Source of the DNA: Mobula hypostoma
Taxonomy: Eukaryota
Assembly (NCBI RefSeq): GCF_963921235.1
Contig: NC_086109.1
Coordinates: 35,404,001-35,468,000 of the forward strand
Length of the DNA stretch: 64,000 bases
Reading direction: 5' to 3'
The position numbers were made by a program, and so were the translations under genes. Shown here piece after piece: positions 52,590-64,000 of the stretch. The first letter of the stretch is position 1. Each line of letters begins with the position of its first letter. The notes under the pieces were generated by a model. That model had not been told where the DNA came from and did not search any database. It saw only the letters and a list, made by a program, of their open reading frames with translations.

Positions 52590-52750
52590 AAAAAAGAAAA
52601 TGCTAGAAATACTAGACTGCTTCAACGACATTTGTGGATGAAGGAACTCCAGTTTGGCTAAAACTGACTGTTCCTCTTTCCACAGATGCTGCCTGACCTG
52701 CTGAGTTTTTCCAAGAATTTCTCCCTTTTATTTTAGAATCCCAGTGTCTC
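52590..52750. mobile_element. Decayed fold-back PLE repeat
   Basis: AAAATGCTAGAAATACT..CAGATGCTGCCTGACCTGCTGAGTTTTTCCA. Confidence 0.55.
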
Positions 52751-55700
52751 TGATTTTCCAAAAATTCATCTATGCCAATGAGAACTGCCATCTACCTCAT
52801 GTAAGAGTAGTGGGAGTGGAACACTGTCAGTGATTTCCTGACATAGAAAGTTTCTGTTTGTGTTTAGCTTGGGTTCTGTTTTGAAACTAATTTTCTCTAA
52901 GGCTCTGTACCTTATTTTCCATTCCGACTTGGTCATTATTAACTGTCAGATTTGAAATTGGGCAAATGCATCTAGAAATTCCAAGTGTCAATAAAGTTAC
53001 CATATAATTTCCAAGACTTTTTGTATATAATTTGGCTGGGTTTGTTCCCCAACATATTTTGTATAAAAGCACCATAGGCGACATTGGTCTAATTTGTTCA
53101 TTACTCATAAACATTCACTTCTTTGTACAGCATTATTAGTGAAATAAAAAATCAAAAAAGCAAATCTAATAGGTTAGCAATATCCTGAAGGCATTTTCTT
53201 TAAATCTATATACACAGTGTTAATTTCATGGAGCGTTTACTGCCTTAAATTCTGGCCTGGAGATACACTTGACTTGCATTGGCAAAAACAATTGCCTTTT
53301 TGCTTCACGGTTGAATTGTTGCTCAGGTGAATCTGTTAGACATAAACGTAATGCTCTTTGAAATAAAAGGGCTCTATTCAACTGACATTTTGCCAGAACT
53401 ATTTTGTTTAGTAATTCACAGACCCTGGTCTGAGTAGATGCATCTAGCTCAATTCTAGAGTTTCAGCCATTCCTGTAAACTGTAAACTGCAGCTTTTCCT
53501 GTAAGCTGTTCCTGTAAACCATATTCAACAAATAGAGAAACTTACCATGTGGCTGAATGGAATATCTAGAGCATGACATCATGTAAATAAGCCTTAACAC
53601 AGAAGAACAATATAAGGAGAATTAGTATTATCTTAGAAGAATTTTTGATATTTATATTGAAGAGAAGCAGTATCTGAACAAGACATTTGTTCTTATGCCT
53701 GCTGATATTAAACACTTATCCTGCAGATACTTACTGCTTAGAAGTCAAAATTGATATTTTAATGAAACCTCTATAGTTTTATCCATGATGAGTTTCACCC
53801 AGAACATGAAATTTGAGGAAAGATGAAGAAAGTAAGGGAGGGGAATCAAATACTCTATCAACAGATTTGGTGGTCTTTATTTTTTCTTTGCATGTGATTT
53901 TAATTTTTAACCATTAACCAGCTTACTGCTGTACCATCTAAACAGCTTTGCTTTTTGAATTAAAATGTTCAAAATGTCCACAGAAATGTAATTTGTCTAT
54001 CAGTTTCAAAACTACTTTAAGTGAATGAGAAAATTCTTGTACTGTTTTCCACACTGCTCAGTTGTACATTAATGGATATATATTTTGAAGAATACTGCTC
54101 GTTTCATACATATAGTACTTCTAAGGTTTTATATCTTTATTTTATTTACATTCCAAAAGTATAATTTTCCATTTAAACAACAATCAAATATTTAGGTGTT
54201 TTTAATGGTGAAGGATGAAAGATACATGATTGTGCTTATAAAAATATATGGAATAAATCGCCATGTTGGATTTAAATTTGGTATGGTTGTGGATAGCAGA
54301 GGTACTCACAACCCACTATAGAGGTCTGATGACCAGGTCTTATTATAGATGTAGCTTGTGTAGAAGATCCTGCATCTAGGCTCAATGGTCCAAGCTCTCT
54401 TCTGTAATGTAGATACTGTATGAAATTATCTTAAATAAGTGAAAGAAGATATGGTATAGAATCTGCCAGCTATTCATTCCTGAAACTTCATTAGCTTTGA
54501 AAGTAGAGCAGCCCTCAAGAGTGTGCTGTTAAGTGCAGGGATAAACTCTAAAATTACCACTCAGAATAAAAAAAACTAAGGTTTTTTTTTGTAAATGCTA
54601 GATGTTCACATCCTTCTTCCTCTCAGGGGATAATGTTTCTAACATCTTAAATGAAATTGGTCGTATTTCCTTCCTAACAACACTCAGTAGCTTGTCTAAT
54701 TGGCAACGTGAGATTAATCCTCGAATCCTTCAAGATTATGTGTACACATCTGTCCTAAACAAGTGTAAAATATGAGAGGAAGTGATCAAAATTCAAAGAA
54801 GCTCACAACCTAATGCACCTGTTCCAACTCTTTAACATAGTTCTTTGAAATAACACTGACAAGAGTTATACGGTAATATTCCAGTCCCTTCCAGCCTTGA
54901 ATCCCAGTTTTATATATTGTAAATATGTGGTCGCTTGTACCAATCTCACTGTTATAACATGAAACACCAGTAACTTCTGATACTGTATCTCAGTATTCTA
55001 ATGTGACAACATATTGACCAGTATCATAGTTTAGTGTTTTTGGTGAATAACCTACACTGCTAACATTGGTCCTCACTGTTAAATGGTGAGAAACTTGTAA
55101 CATTGTGTCTCAGTGTTATTATATGTCACATACCTGGGTCCACTGGTATTGTTTCCCTATATTATATAAAGAAGACAGGTTTGTCTCCAGTAGTGCCACA
55201 CTTCTCCTGGATCTTGTCCTGAATTTGAACTGTCTTGGAGATCAGAATGAAGTGGTTGTGGTTTCCACACCTGTAGTCTCCAGCACTGGGATTAGGCAGC
55301 TCCTTGGAGCTCAATGCTTCTGATGTCAATGTCAATGTCAATCTCTTTCCTGGGTGTCTGGCTCAGGCTAATATTATTGTGTCTCAAAGATTAACATATT
55401 TGTACTCTGGTGACGAGGGGCAGACATTGGGTAGGCCCTGAGAAATTTTCCCGATGACGTACTTTTTTCCACAGTATACGTACATGGTAAATAAAATAGG
55501 AATATGCCTTACACCATGTTCATTGTACAAAAACTTCAATTCGTTCCCTTGAAATGAGTTAACATCATTTACATTTTCTCTTTGAACATTGCATCTACCA
55601 AGCAATTGAGAATCTGTTACACAAAGCTCGTTCTCTCTTGGTCTGTGGTGCCAGGACTCCAGTCTGCAGTCCTTTCTCATAGTGCCTTTGTGGAGGTTGG

Positions 55701-56462
55701 ACTTCATTGGAAAATTCAGCACATACTCGTTGGAAGGTGTCAGTCGGCTGCAGTGTCTTGCAGATGTCTGTTTATACTGGACAATCCATGTTTCAAGCCA
55801 ACTAAAGTTGTGTCATTCACCATCCTTTTACTGACATCTGTGGATTATGGTGAACCCTCTGTGGACATTCTCAAAGAAGTAATGTCAGCGAATCTCAGTC
55901 TCTGGATTGGAAGATGATCTCAGGTGACTGTGAGGTAAAGATCAGGGGTTGTCAGCTTTTTATCTCTCTGAGTTCCTCATCCACACCCAGTCCCTAAGGA
56001 TTGGCACCTATATTAGTTCTGCTCAAGGATCCAGTAGGCAGAGTGGCAATTGAGTCTAGTCTTCAGACTTCAACGCAGTTCACCTCCTGCCCCGATCCCT
56101 CTCCCATGGTTATGTGGCACAACTCTGGTCATTTCTTTTAACAGCTTCTAACACTCAATACCGCAGACCTCAGCGGGCTTTTGGCAACTCAGGTGTAAGG
56201 CAATTTCACCACCACTGCCTTGGGCATCTCTGCCGTTCTTTAAGACTTGTGGCCTGAACCCCATGCACTTGTGTACCAATCTACCCGCAACGCATAGAAA
56301 GAGCTTATGGTTAATGTTATCACTTGTAGAATTTTTGCTCATCACAGACATCTACTAATTCACTGATATGTAAACATTGATTCACAATACTTAATCCACC
56401 TCCTTTAAATACTATGGATTTGTATAAGAAAATAAATCCTGGAGGTCATTTAATAATAATAA

Positions 56463-56729
56463 GGAAAGGAAAGGTATGTCGCATATGGAGTTTCTCCGGT
56501 TAGCGGACGATTTCCCTCATTGCCTCTCTGATGTAGTGAGGATTCGCGTACAAGGCAAGTTACAGCAGTGGTTTGCCATTACCTTCTGCCGGGTGAGTTT
56601 CCAAAGAGATCACCAGCTCATAACCCTGCACGGATGGAAAACGTGCAAAGGAGCCGGCTGGCTGGATTCGAACCTGGGACCTCTCGTCCTAAAGTCCGAT
56701 GCTGATGTCACTACGTCATCAGCCGGGTC
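56463..56729 (-). mobile_element. tRNA-derived SINE with RTE-type 3' part
   Basis: Minus strand A box TGACGTAGTGA and B box GGTTCGAATCC; GAAGGTAATGGCAAACCAC motif; (CCTTT)n tail; flanked by TTAATAATAATAA on both sides. Confidence 0.8.

Positions 56730-56730
<1 letters not shown>

Positions 56731-56769
<39 letters not shown>
56731..56769. repeat. (TAA)n microsatellite, tail of the L2 element
   Basis: Directly visible perfect repeat. Confidence 0.95.
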
Positions 56770-56770
<1 letters not shown>

Positions 56771-57342
56771 TTATTTGTAGAGCACTTTTCATACAAACAA
56801 TGTAGTTCAAAGTGCTTACAATGGGATAAAGTGCAAACATAAAAATAAAAGAAAAAAGATGTTAGTTAAAAGCAAGATTAAATAAACAGGTATTGAGCTG
56901 GCCTTTAAAGTGTCAACTGAGTCTGCATCCCCTATAGTTTTAGGTACTGAGTTCCACAGTTTGGAGCATAGTTTAAAAAAAAAAGCTGACCTGCCAACAA
57001 TCTTTTGAGGCAGATTGTTTCAATTTAAATTTGAGAAACTGGTGGAAGAAGACCAGAGAACTCAAGCAGGATAATAACATGAAAGTGATTCTGTGATGTA
57101 TTCTAGTCTCAGACCATTGAGAGCTTTAAAAACAAGTAAGTGAACTCTGAAATCAATTCTAAAATATACAGGAAGCCAATACAGCGTAGTTAGGGCAGGA
57201 GTGATATGCTCCCTCATCCTGGACTTAGTTAAAAGTCTAGCAGAGCTGTTCTGAATGAGTTAAAGTTTGTCAATAGATTGTTTTGGAAGGGCAGTTAGAA
57301 GTGTATTGCTGTAATTAATTCTATTCAATATATAGGCATGAA

Positions 57343-57625
57343 CAGAGCAAACACAAAAAAGAGAAGTAATGTATGAGATCATGAAAAGGCAACGTAACTT
57401 CATTGGACATGTGATTAGGAAAGAGGAGTTAGAATGCACCGTAATTATGGGAAAGATTGAAAGGAAGAAAGCAAGAGGAAGACAAAGACAAATGATGATG
57501 GAGACAGCAGCCAGAGAACTGGAAATGAATACCAATGAATTGATCCACTTGACCCGAAACAGGAATGTGTGGGCCATGGCAGTCAAAGCTCAAACTGGGC
57601 ACGGCACCTGATGATGATAATGATG
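57343..57625 (+). mobile_element. RTE-like LINE 3' fragment
   Basis: FIGHVIRKEELE..MGKIE.KKARGRQR motif; (TGA)n tail; 13-bp TSD ATATAGGCATGAA (57330-57342, 57626-57638). Confidence 0.85.
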
Positions 57626-57789
57626 ATATAGGCATGAATTAGTTTTTCAGCATCATTATGTAACAGAAACAGATATGTATTTGCAATATTTCTTACGTGT
57701 AGATATGCTGCCCTGGTCACTTGCTTTATGTGGGACTTCAAATTCAAATATTGTTGCTTCTGATTTTATAAGGGGAGCCAAGTTCCTCT

Positions 57790-58500
57790 TTCAGTATTTT
57801 TATTAATTTATATATATATAAGAATACTGAGTACAGGAAAAAAATATGTCAATAGATTGAGCTAAATCGCATGTAAAGACTCCTTACCCTATATTCATAC
57901 AAGTCAATTGGTTTGTAACATTGAAAAGTAATAATTTTATTATATTAAAAAATCTAACCCACTACCAAGACCGAAGCTGATTAGTAGAAAAAAAAGAAAA
58001 AAAGATTGTTAGTCATCATCTGTGCTTTAACAGCAAATCAAAGGTTTTTAAAATAATTCAGAAAAGGTCCCCACAATGTTTGAAAGTCTTGATTACATTC
58101 AAAGATTGAACATCGAATCTTCTCTAAATTTAAACATGATATCACATCACGTAACCATTGGTCATGAATAGGAGGGGACGCAGCTTTCCATTTAAGCAAA
58201 AGCATCCTTCTGACCATAAGAGACATAAAAGCCAAAATGTGCAAATCAGATGGCTCCAAAATAATATCCTTTCCTCCAACAATGCCAAATAAAGTAGTCG
58301 AAGGATTAGGATTGAAATTTACTTTAAAAAGTATCCAAAAGGTTTGAAATACTTCTTTCCAATGTTTTCCAAGACACGGACATGTCCAAAACATATGAAT
58401 GAGTGAAGCTTCTCCATTATTACATTTCTCAGAATACAGAGATATATCTAAATAAAAACGAGTCAACTTATCCTTCGTCATATGGGCCCTATGGACCACT
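57790..58500 (-). mobile_element. L1/Tx1-like LINE 3' fragment
   Basis: KVVHRAHM..C..ASLIHMFWTCP zinc-binding region and LNLEKIR..F..LWGPFL C-terminus. Confidence 0.85.
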
Positions 58501-58774
58501 TTCCTAAGCATATCAAGTTTATCTCTTTTGGCCTTGGGACCAACCAAAAGTATTTTTGATTTATCTTCCTTTAGTTTTAGGAAATTATTGACATAACCCT
58601 TCTGCAAAGCTGATTGAAATTACAAAACAGATTTAATCTGGTGTAAAGATAACACAGAAGAATTGATCAAAATGTTGATCAGAACTTTAAACAGGAGTTT
58701 CAGCCACAGGTTACATCTCTTCTGTTGTTGGACAAATCACGGGCCGCAAAGAAGATGTATGAACTTAGCCGGTC

Positions 58775-58950
58775 AGGTAGTAAATCTGGAGGGAAACAAC
58801 AGTCAACATTTCTGTCCTGATGAAGGGTCTCAGCCTGAAATATCAACTGTTTATTTTCCACCATAGAAGCTACCTGGTCTGCTGAGTTCCTCCAGCACTT
58901 TGTGTTTGCTGCTTAAGATTCTAGAATCCACAGAATCTCTTGTGTCTCAG
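58775..58950. mobile_element. PLE repeat with hammerhead motif (58813-58848, +)
   Basis: GTC-CTGATGA-AGGGTCTCAGCCT-GAAA-TATC-AAC, preceded by a short inverted arm. Confidence 0.65.
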
Positions 58951-59740
58951 GTGGCAATGAGTCAGCTTAGTGGAGCAAGATAGGTCACCTTGTTGAGTGA
59001 AGTTGCGAAAACATCCCCTCGTTCAGTGCAGCAAAACTAAAGAGCTGATGATTGACTGAAGGAAGGGGAGGAATAGCAGACATACGACAATCTACGTTGT
59101 GGAATTGGCAGTGAATGATTCAGTAGCTTCAAATTCCTGGATATTAACATATCACTTGACCTGTTGTGGGCCCAGCATATAGATACAATCACGTGGAATG
59201 TGAGATGGCGCGGGTAGGGAGGTTCAACTTGTTATTGAGCACACTAACAGACTTCTACAGATGCACTGTTGAAAAGATCCTGACCAGATGCATCATGGTC
59301 TGGTACAACAATTCAAATGCGCAAGGGCGTAAGTGTGGTGGATTCTGCCCAATACATCACAGGCACATACCTCCTCATCACTGATAATGGTGGCGCTGTC
59401 TCAAGAAGGCAATGTCTTCCATCAAAGACCCCCTCCATCTGGGCCATGCCATCTTCTCGCAGTACCATCAGGCAGGAGGTACAGAACCCTCCAGGTTCCC
59501 TCCAACCATTCGGTTCTTGATCTAACTGACAAAATCCTAATGATTACAATTTAGCAATACTCTAACCAGTCTGACAACTTTTCACTAAAATACTTCTGTT
59601 CTAACTGTGTTTTCTTGTAAAAATTCTGTATAATTTATGTTTAATTATGCTACTTATATGATGCTTGGTGCCTGTGATGTTGATGTAAGTAAGAATTTCA
59701 TTGTACCTGAGTACACATGTGACAACAAACTCAATTCTGA
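58950..59740 (+). mobile_element. Rex1/Babar-like 3' fragment
   Basis: LTDFYRCTVEKILTRCIMVWY and PSGRRYRTL motifs. Confidence 0.8.
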
Positions 59741-60669
59741 CTTTCACTAACTCTATAGATCTGAGTTGAAATTTCTTCATTTTATAGTTCCAAAATATAA
59801 AAAATGATAAATAAATAAATATTAGATATTAATAGTGCTTCATCTTCGAATTTAAATCATACTTGTGTGTAATTTTCACTCTGTAACACATATTGAAGTC
59901 TGGTTAAAGTTGTCCTTAGTTTGGTGTCAGATTGATGGTATCCCAGTTGGAAAAGGGAACATTCATTTTACAACAATCCTTGTGGACTGCTTTCTTCTCA
60001 GTCAGAGTTGAGTAATATCACTTCATTGATGTCTGCAAGTACTGCACCATTGATTCTAGGGTTCCTAATAATTTGCATCAAACTACAAAGAAAAAAATCA
60101 GCTAATAAACAAATTAGCATATAGAACTCATTGCTCCTTATAAGTAAACTGACTCACACCCACTTACTCACCTCTCCATCCCCTTGACTATATCTTCTTA
60201 GTTAATTAATTGAAACATTGGCAATTAAGGGAATATTATTAACTGCTTGTCAGCTTGTTATATTATAGCAATTGTCAGTCAGCATTATGTTTTGTTTTGA
60301 CATGGACTAGGCTTTCATGCTTCATAAAGCAATCATGAAAAAATGGCTCTTGTATGAGAATGCATGATGTGCACTACTTTGGTTAAGGAATGGACTGCAG
60401 AGAAATACTAATTAATGACTATTCAGGGAAATGACAGGAACATCTTTGTAATTGTGTATGCTCCGGTGAATCAGTTCACTTCCATTTGAGTACGTCAAGA
60501 TTTATCTGTATTCAGTGATTTGTGTCAGTGGTCTGTATCTGTATACAGACACCAATAAGAACAGTACTATTATGATGCATAAAATTGTATTTTGAAGGAA
60601 GATAATAATGACCTTGTCCTGTTGGATAATAAAGAGTTGATTTGAGGATTATTTAAATTGTGGAAAGAT

Positions 60670-61255
60670 AGATATGTGGCGGTCCAAAGAGATTACAGAT
60701 TTTGGGGGTCATTTTGTCCCATGAGGCTGCCATGTCATTCATTGAGATCATGGCTAAACAGAACCTAATTTTACATTACTTTCTTTTCCCTTGGGTAAGT
60801 ATAACACTAGTTGATCTAAATAAAAGTTAAGATATTTACCAAGCATCTGTTGTTTTCTGCAGCAGAGTGTTTCAGCCTTTTATCATTATTTGCAGATATG
60901 TGTATTACCAAAACTCACTTGTGGAGGACATGGCTCTAATTTTAACACAATGACCATTGACCTGAGACCACACCAACAGGAATTGATTTTCCCTCTCAAC
61001 AGTTTGAAATCCTTAATTAAGATCATCCCTTAAACCTGCAATTTTCAAACACAGTTTGTGTAATTTAACCACTGGACTACAACAGTAATTTTGCTAATTT
61101 GAGCTTCCCTGAGGCCAAAGTCAAAGCATTTCCACAAATACATAGCGGACAGAATTGTTCACTGCCGTTACTAACCTGGTCTTTGTATGGTAATGGCACA
61201 GCAGTTTGTCCCTTGCATTCTAGTCCTCTAAGCATAAAGATCAGAGTTGCTTTAG
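60670..61255 (-). mobile_element. Decayed CR1 3' fragment
   Basis: LIFMLRGLECK..LYKDQVS..EQFCP on the minus strand plus a tail remnant. Confidence 0.55.
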
Positions 61256-61813
61256 TCATAGTCATAGTCATACTTCATTGATCCTGAGGGAAATTGGTTT
61301 TTGTTACAGTAGACATTGTTATTAATTTTAGAGAAATTATTTCAGAGAATAGTACTTGGGTAACTGCAGCTGGCCAGGACACTGTTGTTTAGGTATGATT
61401 TTGAATGGTGTGTAGGAACAGAAAGGCCATGGTATTAATGTTCATAGATCTCTAAAGGTAGCAGGACAGGTTTGTTAGGTAGTACTTGCAAAGGCATACA
61501 ATATAAAAACAAGAAATTTACACAAGAACAATACTAGGTTCTAGTTAGAGTAAGTTAGGGTCTGCAGTCCAAAGAAAGGTCCTCTGTAGTGTTGTGGCCA
61601 CCAACATTATATGAAAGCTGTGATTGCACCTGATTTGCGAGGATCTTGCCTTGAATGGAAAATTGTTTTCTTTGGAAGGTAAGAGGAAATTCTTGGCAAC
61701 TGAGGGGAGAAAGGCAGAGGATATGTGGTACAGTGAAAGGGTTGTCAGCTTGTACAGGATGCTTACACCATCTGCAACTTGTGGATCAGAATAGATAGCA
61801 GAGAAAGCAAAAA

Positions 61814-61914
61814 CAAATCTAGGCTGGGTTGAGGATAATTAGGGACATCATCATCCCTTATGGTTAATAAAAGGTGATGATGACCCTAATTCTTCTCAAC
61901 CTAGCCTAGATTTG
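61814..61914. repeat. Inverted repeat: 48-bp arms, 5-nt loop
   Basis: 61814-61861 is the reverse complement of 61867-61914, with 7 differences by manual count. Confidence 0.9.
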
Positions 61915-62059
61915 CTAATGTTAATGAAAGGAAAGATCCAAATCTGAAAAGGTCTTGACGCTGCTGATTGGCGAATGTGATCTATCAAGAGAATGAGCTT
62001 AAAAATAATAACAAAAAAAATCAAAGGTATTCATTTATGGCTTCTTAATTTTTATTTAT

Positions 62060-62305
62060 TTTATTTTATTTAGAGATAAGAATAAGCCCGTCTGCCCCCC
62101 CTATTTACCCCTAGTCTAATCATGGGACAATTTACAATAGCCAATTAACCTATTAGCTAGTATGTCCTTGGATTATTGATGGAAACCGGAGCACCTGGAG
62201 AAGATCCAGACATTCCATGGGGAACATATACAAACTCTTCGCATAGGACCTGGAATTGAACATCAAACTGTGGCACGCTGAGATGTAAAAGCATTGTGAG
62301 AACCA
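62060..62305 (-). mobile_element. HE1/V-SINE-like element (decayed)
   Basis: GGGACAATTTACAATAGCCAATTAACCTA..GGAAACCGGAGCACCTGGAG V-domain pattern. Confidence 0.65.
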
Positions 62306-63489
62306 CTCATTCTTATTCACAGGTTTTTTTTCTTTACAATAACTGATATCAATAAAATATTTATCAATTCTAAAATATTAATATACTTTGAAGACAATAT
62401 TATCTGTATTTAACTGTTCAGAATTTATACCTCGAAGCTTACGAAATACCTATTTTATTTCCGAGTCCAACACTTTGACACCAGTGAAGTCACACCACTA
62501 AGTATTCACAATTTTGAGCAGATGACACACCAGGTAAACCACAAGTGATTCTAGGATAAAATTATAACAATTTTGTCGCAGTGGCAGAGATGTGACAGAC
62601 CATCAACCAGCCATTTGAACGAGCAAGTTAAATGATTCTCCAGAGTAATAAAACCTTTGGCAGGTTGGCAGATTCGGCTTTAAACAAACAGGGCAGTAAG
62701 GGGCTCTGAGTCACAGTTTAGGCCAGAGAAAATAATCTGGGATAATCATTTGCCATAATCTGTATGAAGTGCTAGACCTTTAATGTCAATCCCCTTTTAT
62801 TTTATAGTGGGAAGTTTAAGTTTCGCTCTGATTCTGAAAAACTCAAAACCTAAGGGAAAATATCACATGAATGACAAAGGAGCTTTAGACTGGTACTTCA
62901 CAAAGTTTGATTCAATCAAGTTTGTTACTGGTAATTACAACTATGTCTTGACTTCTGGACGTTAAAGGGTCTCCTTTGAACTCAGACTGCTGTTACAGCA
63001 CTTTGGTTGATGTGGATCTTAACTATATTCATGTATCATCAGTATCAGGGAGATTTTAGCCTAAAAATCTCATCTTATGCAAAGCCCTTAATGTGGATGA
63101 TTGGATATCTGGACATTGGAAGTTATTTGGTACAACGGCACGTTTCAGTGAAGGTCACCAAATTGTGTCCAAGTTCTCTGTTAGTTGCTTGCACACAGAA
63201 GCTCTTAAACATGCACTAAACATGTTTTGATGCCACTGTCACAAAATCCAGTTGCATGGACCACACATGCAGAGAAAACGTTGATTGTGGATTTGACTCA
63301 TAGAAAAGACCTGCCTGACCAGGTTTGAGAGCACATTCCAGAGATAGGAACCAATTCCATGCAGGTACCTTTTCAATTCTGTTAGAAACCTTTTTCAGCC
63401 TCTCATTGTCAGGTCCTGACATTGATCCCCTCAGCTGTAACACCAAAGAACCACCGGCATCTCCACCATCTTTTTCTAAAATTTATTAT

Positions 63490-63990
63490 TCTGCTATGGC
63501 AATTAATTTTTTGGTCCTCCCTAACAGTATTTGGGAGCCACTTTCTTGAACTGCAGAAGCTCTGATGAAGGTAGGGAATTCCTGGATTTTGACCCAGTGA
63601 TTACGAAGGACCTGTGATATATTTGCATCTCAGGATAGTATGTGAATTGGAAGGGAACCAGCAGATGATGGGGTTCCCATGCTGCCCTTCTGTGTGGTAG
63701 TCATGATATGGGATATGCTGCTGAATTAACTTGGGTGAGTAAGTACATTTTGCTGATCACACACACTGTAGTCACTGTGCATCTGCAGTCAAGGGAATGA
63801 ATATTTCTGGTTGTAATGGGGCTGTCGATTAACCAGGCAGCTTGGTCCTGGATGGTGTCAAGCTTCTTGACAACTATTGAATGTGTATTCATCAGACAAA
63901 GTGGAGAGTATTTCAATATGACCCTGACTTGTGCTGAGTAGATGGTGCAAAAACCTTAAGTTATCATGACTTGAATTACTTACCATAGGA
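63490..63990 (-). mobile_element. Non-LTR retrotransposon 3' fragment (clade uncertain)
   Basis: KYSPLCLM..KKLDTIQDQAAWLI..IHSLDCRCTV, an RT C-terminal pattern. Confidence 0.6.
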
Positions 63991-64000
63991 TACCCTGTCT

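Larger units (their letters stand above)
56770..58610 (-). mobile_element. L2-like LINE 3' fragment with nested insertions
   Basis: L2 3' end (TTATTTGTAGAGCACTTTTCATAC..TCAAAGTGCTTACA); RINYSNTLLTALPKQSIDKL and NNFLKLKEDKSKILLVG motifs. Confidence 0.8.

Noticed and set aside
1..64000. CRISPR array or prokaryotic operon/defence system
   Set aside because: No regularly spaced repeats; spliced gene structure and vertebrate TEs throughout, and all RT ORFs belong to LINE clades.

Overview
Eukaryotic (vertebrate) genomic DNA, by its repeat families most likely a cartilaginous fish such as a ray (inference). The only host gene is a group III metabotropic glutamate receptor, best matching GRM4, on the + strand. 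Three coding exons are present (<1-27, 1647-1801, 50178-50318) and splice in frame to [107 protein letters not shown]. The rest is intron, including a 48.4 kb intron filled with nested mobile elements: CR1 LINEs (two near full length), a full-length RTE LINE, Rex1/Babar-, L2- and L1/Tx1-like fragments, tRNA-derived SINEs, three solo LTRs, an internally deleted Gypsy-like element, Tc1 fragments and many Penelope-like (PLE) terminal repeats. The most notable non-coding signal is a set of minimal hammerhead-ribozyme motifs in the PLE repeats, often in fold-back pairs, including a recurrent CUGCUGA core variant. Also of note are a competing out-of-frame tandem splice donor and an unexplained 48-bp-stem hairpin. 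Almost all short ORFs in the track are TE debris or noise. All assignments are by eye and from recall; no searches were run.
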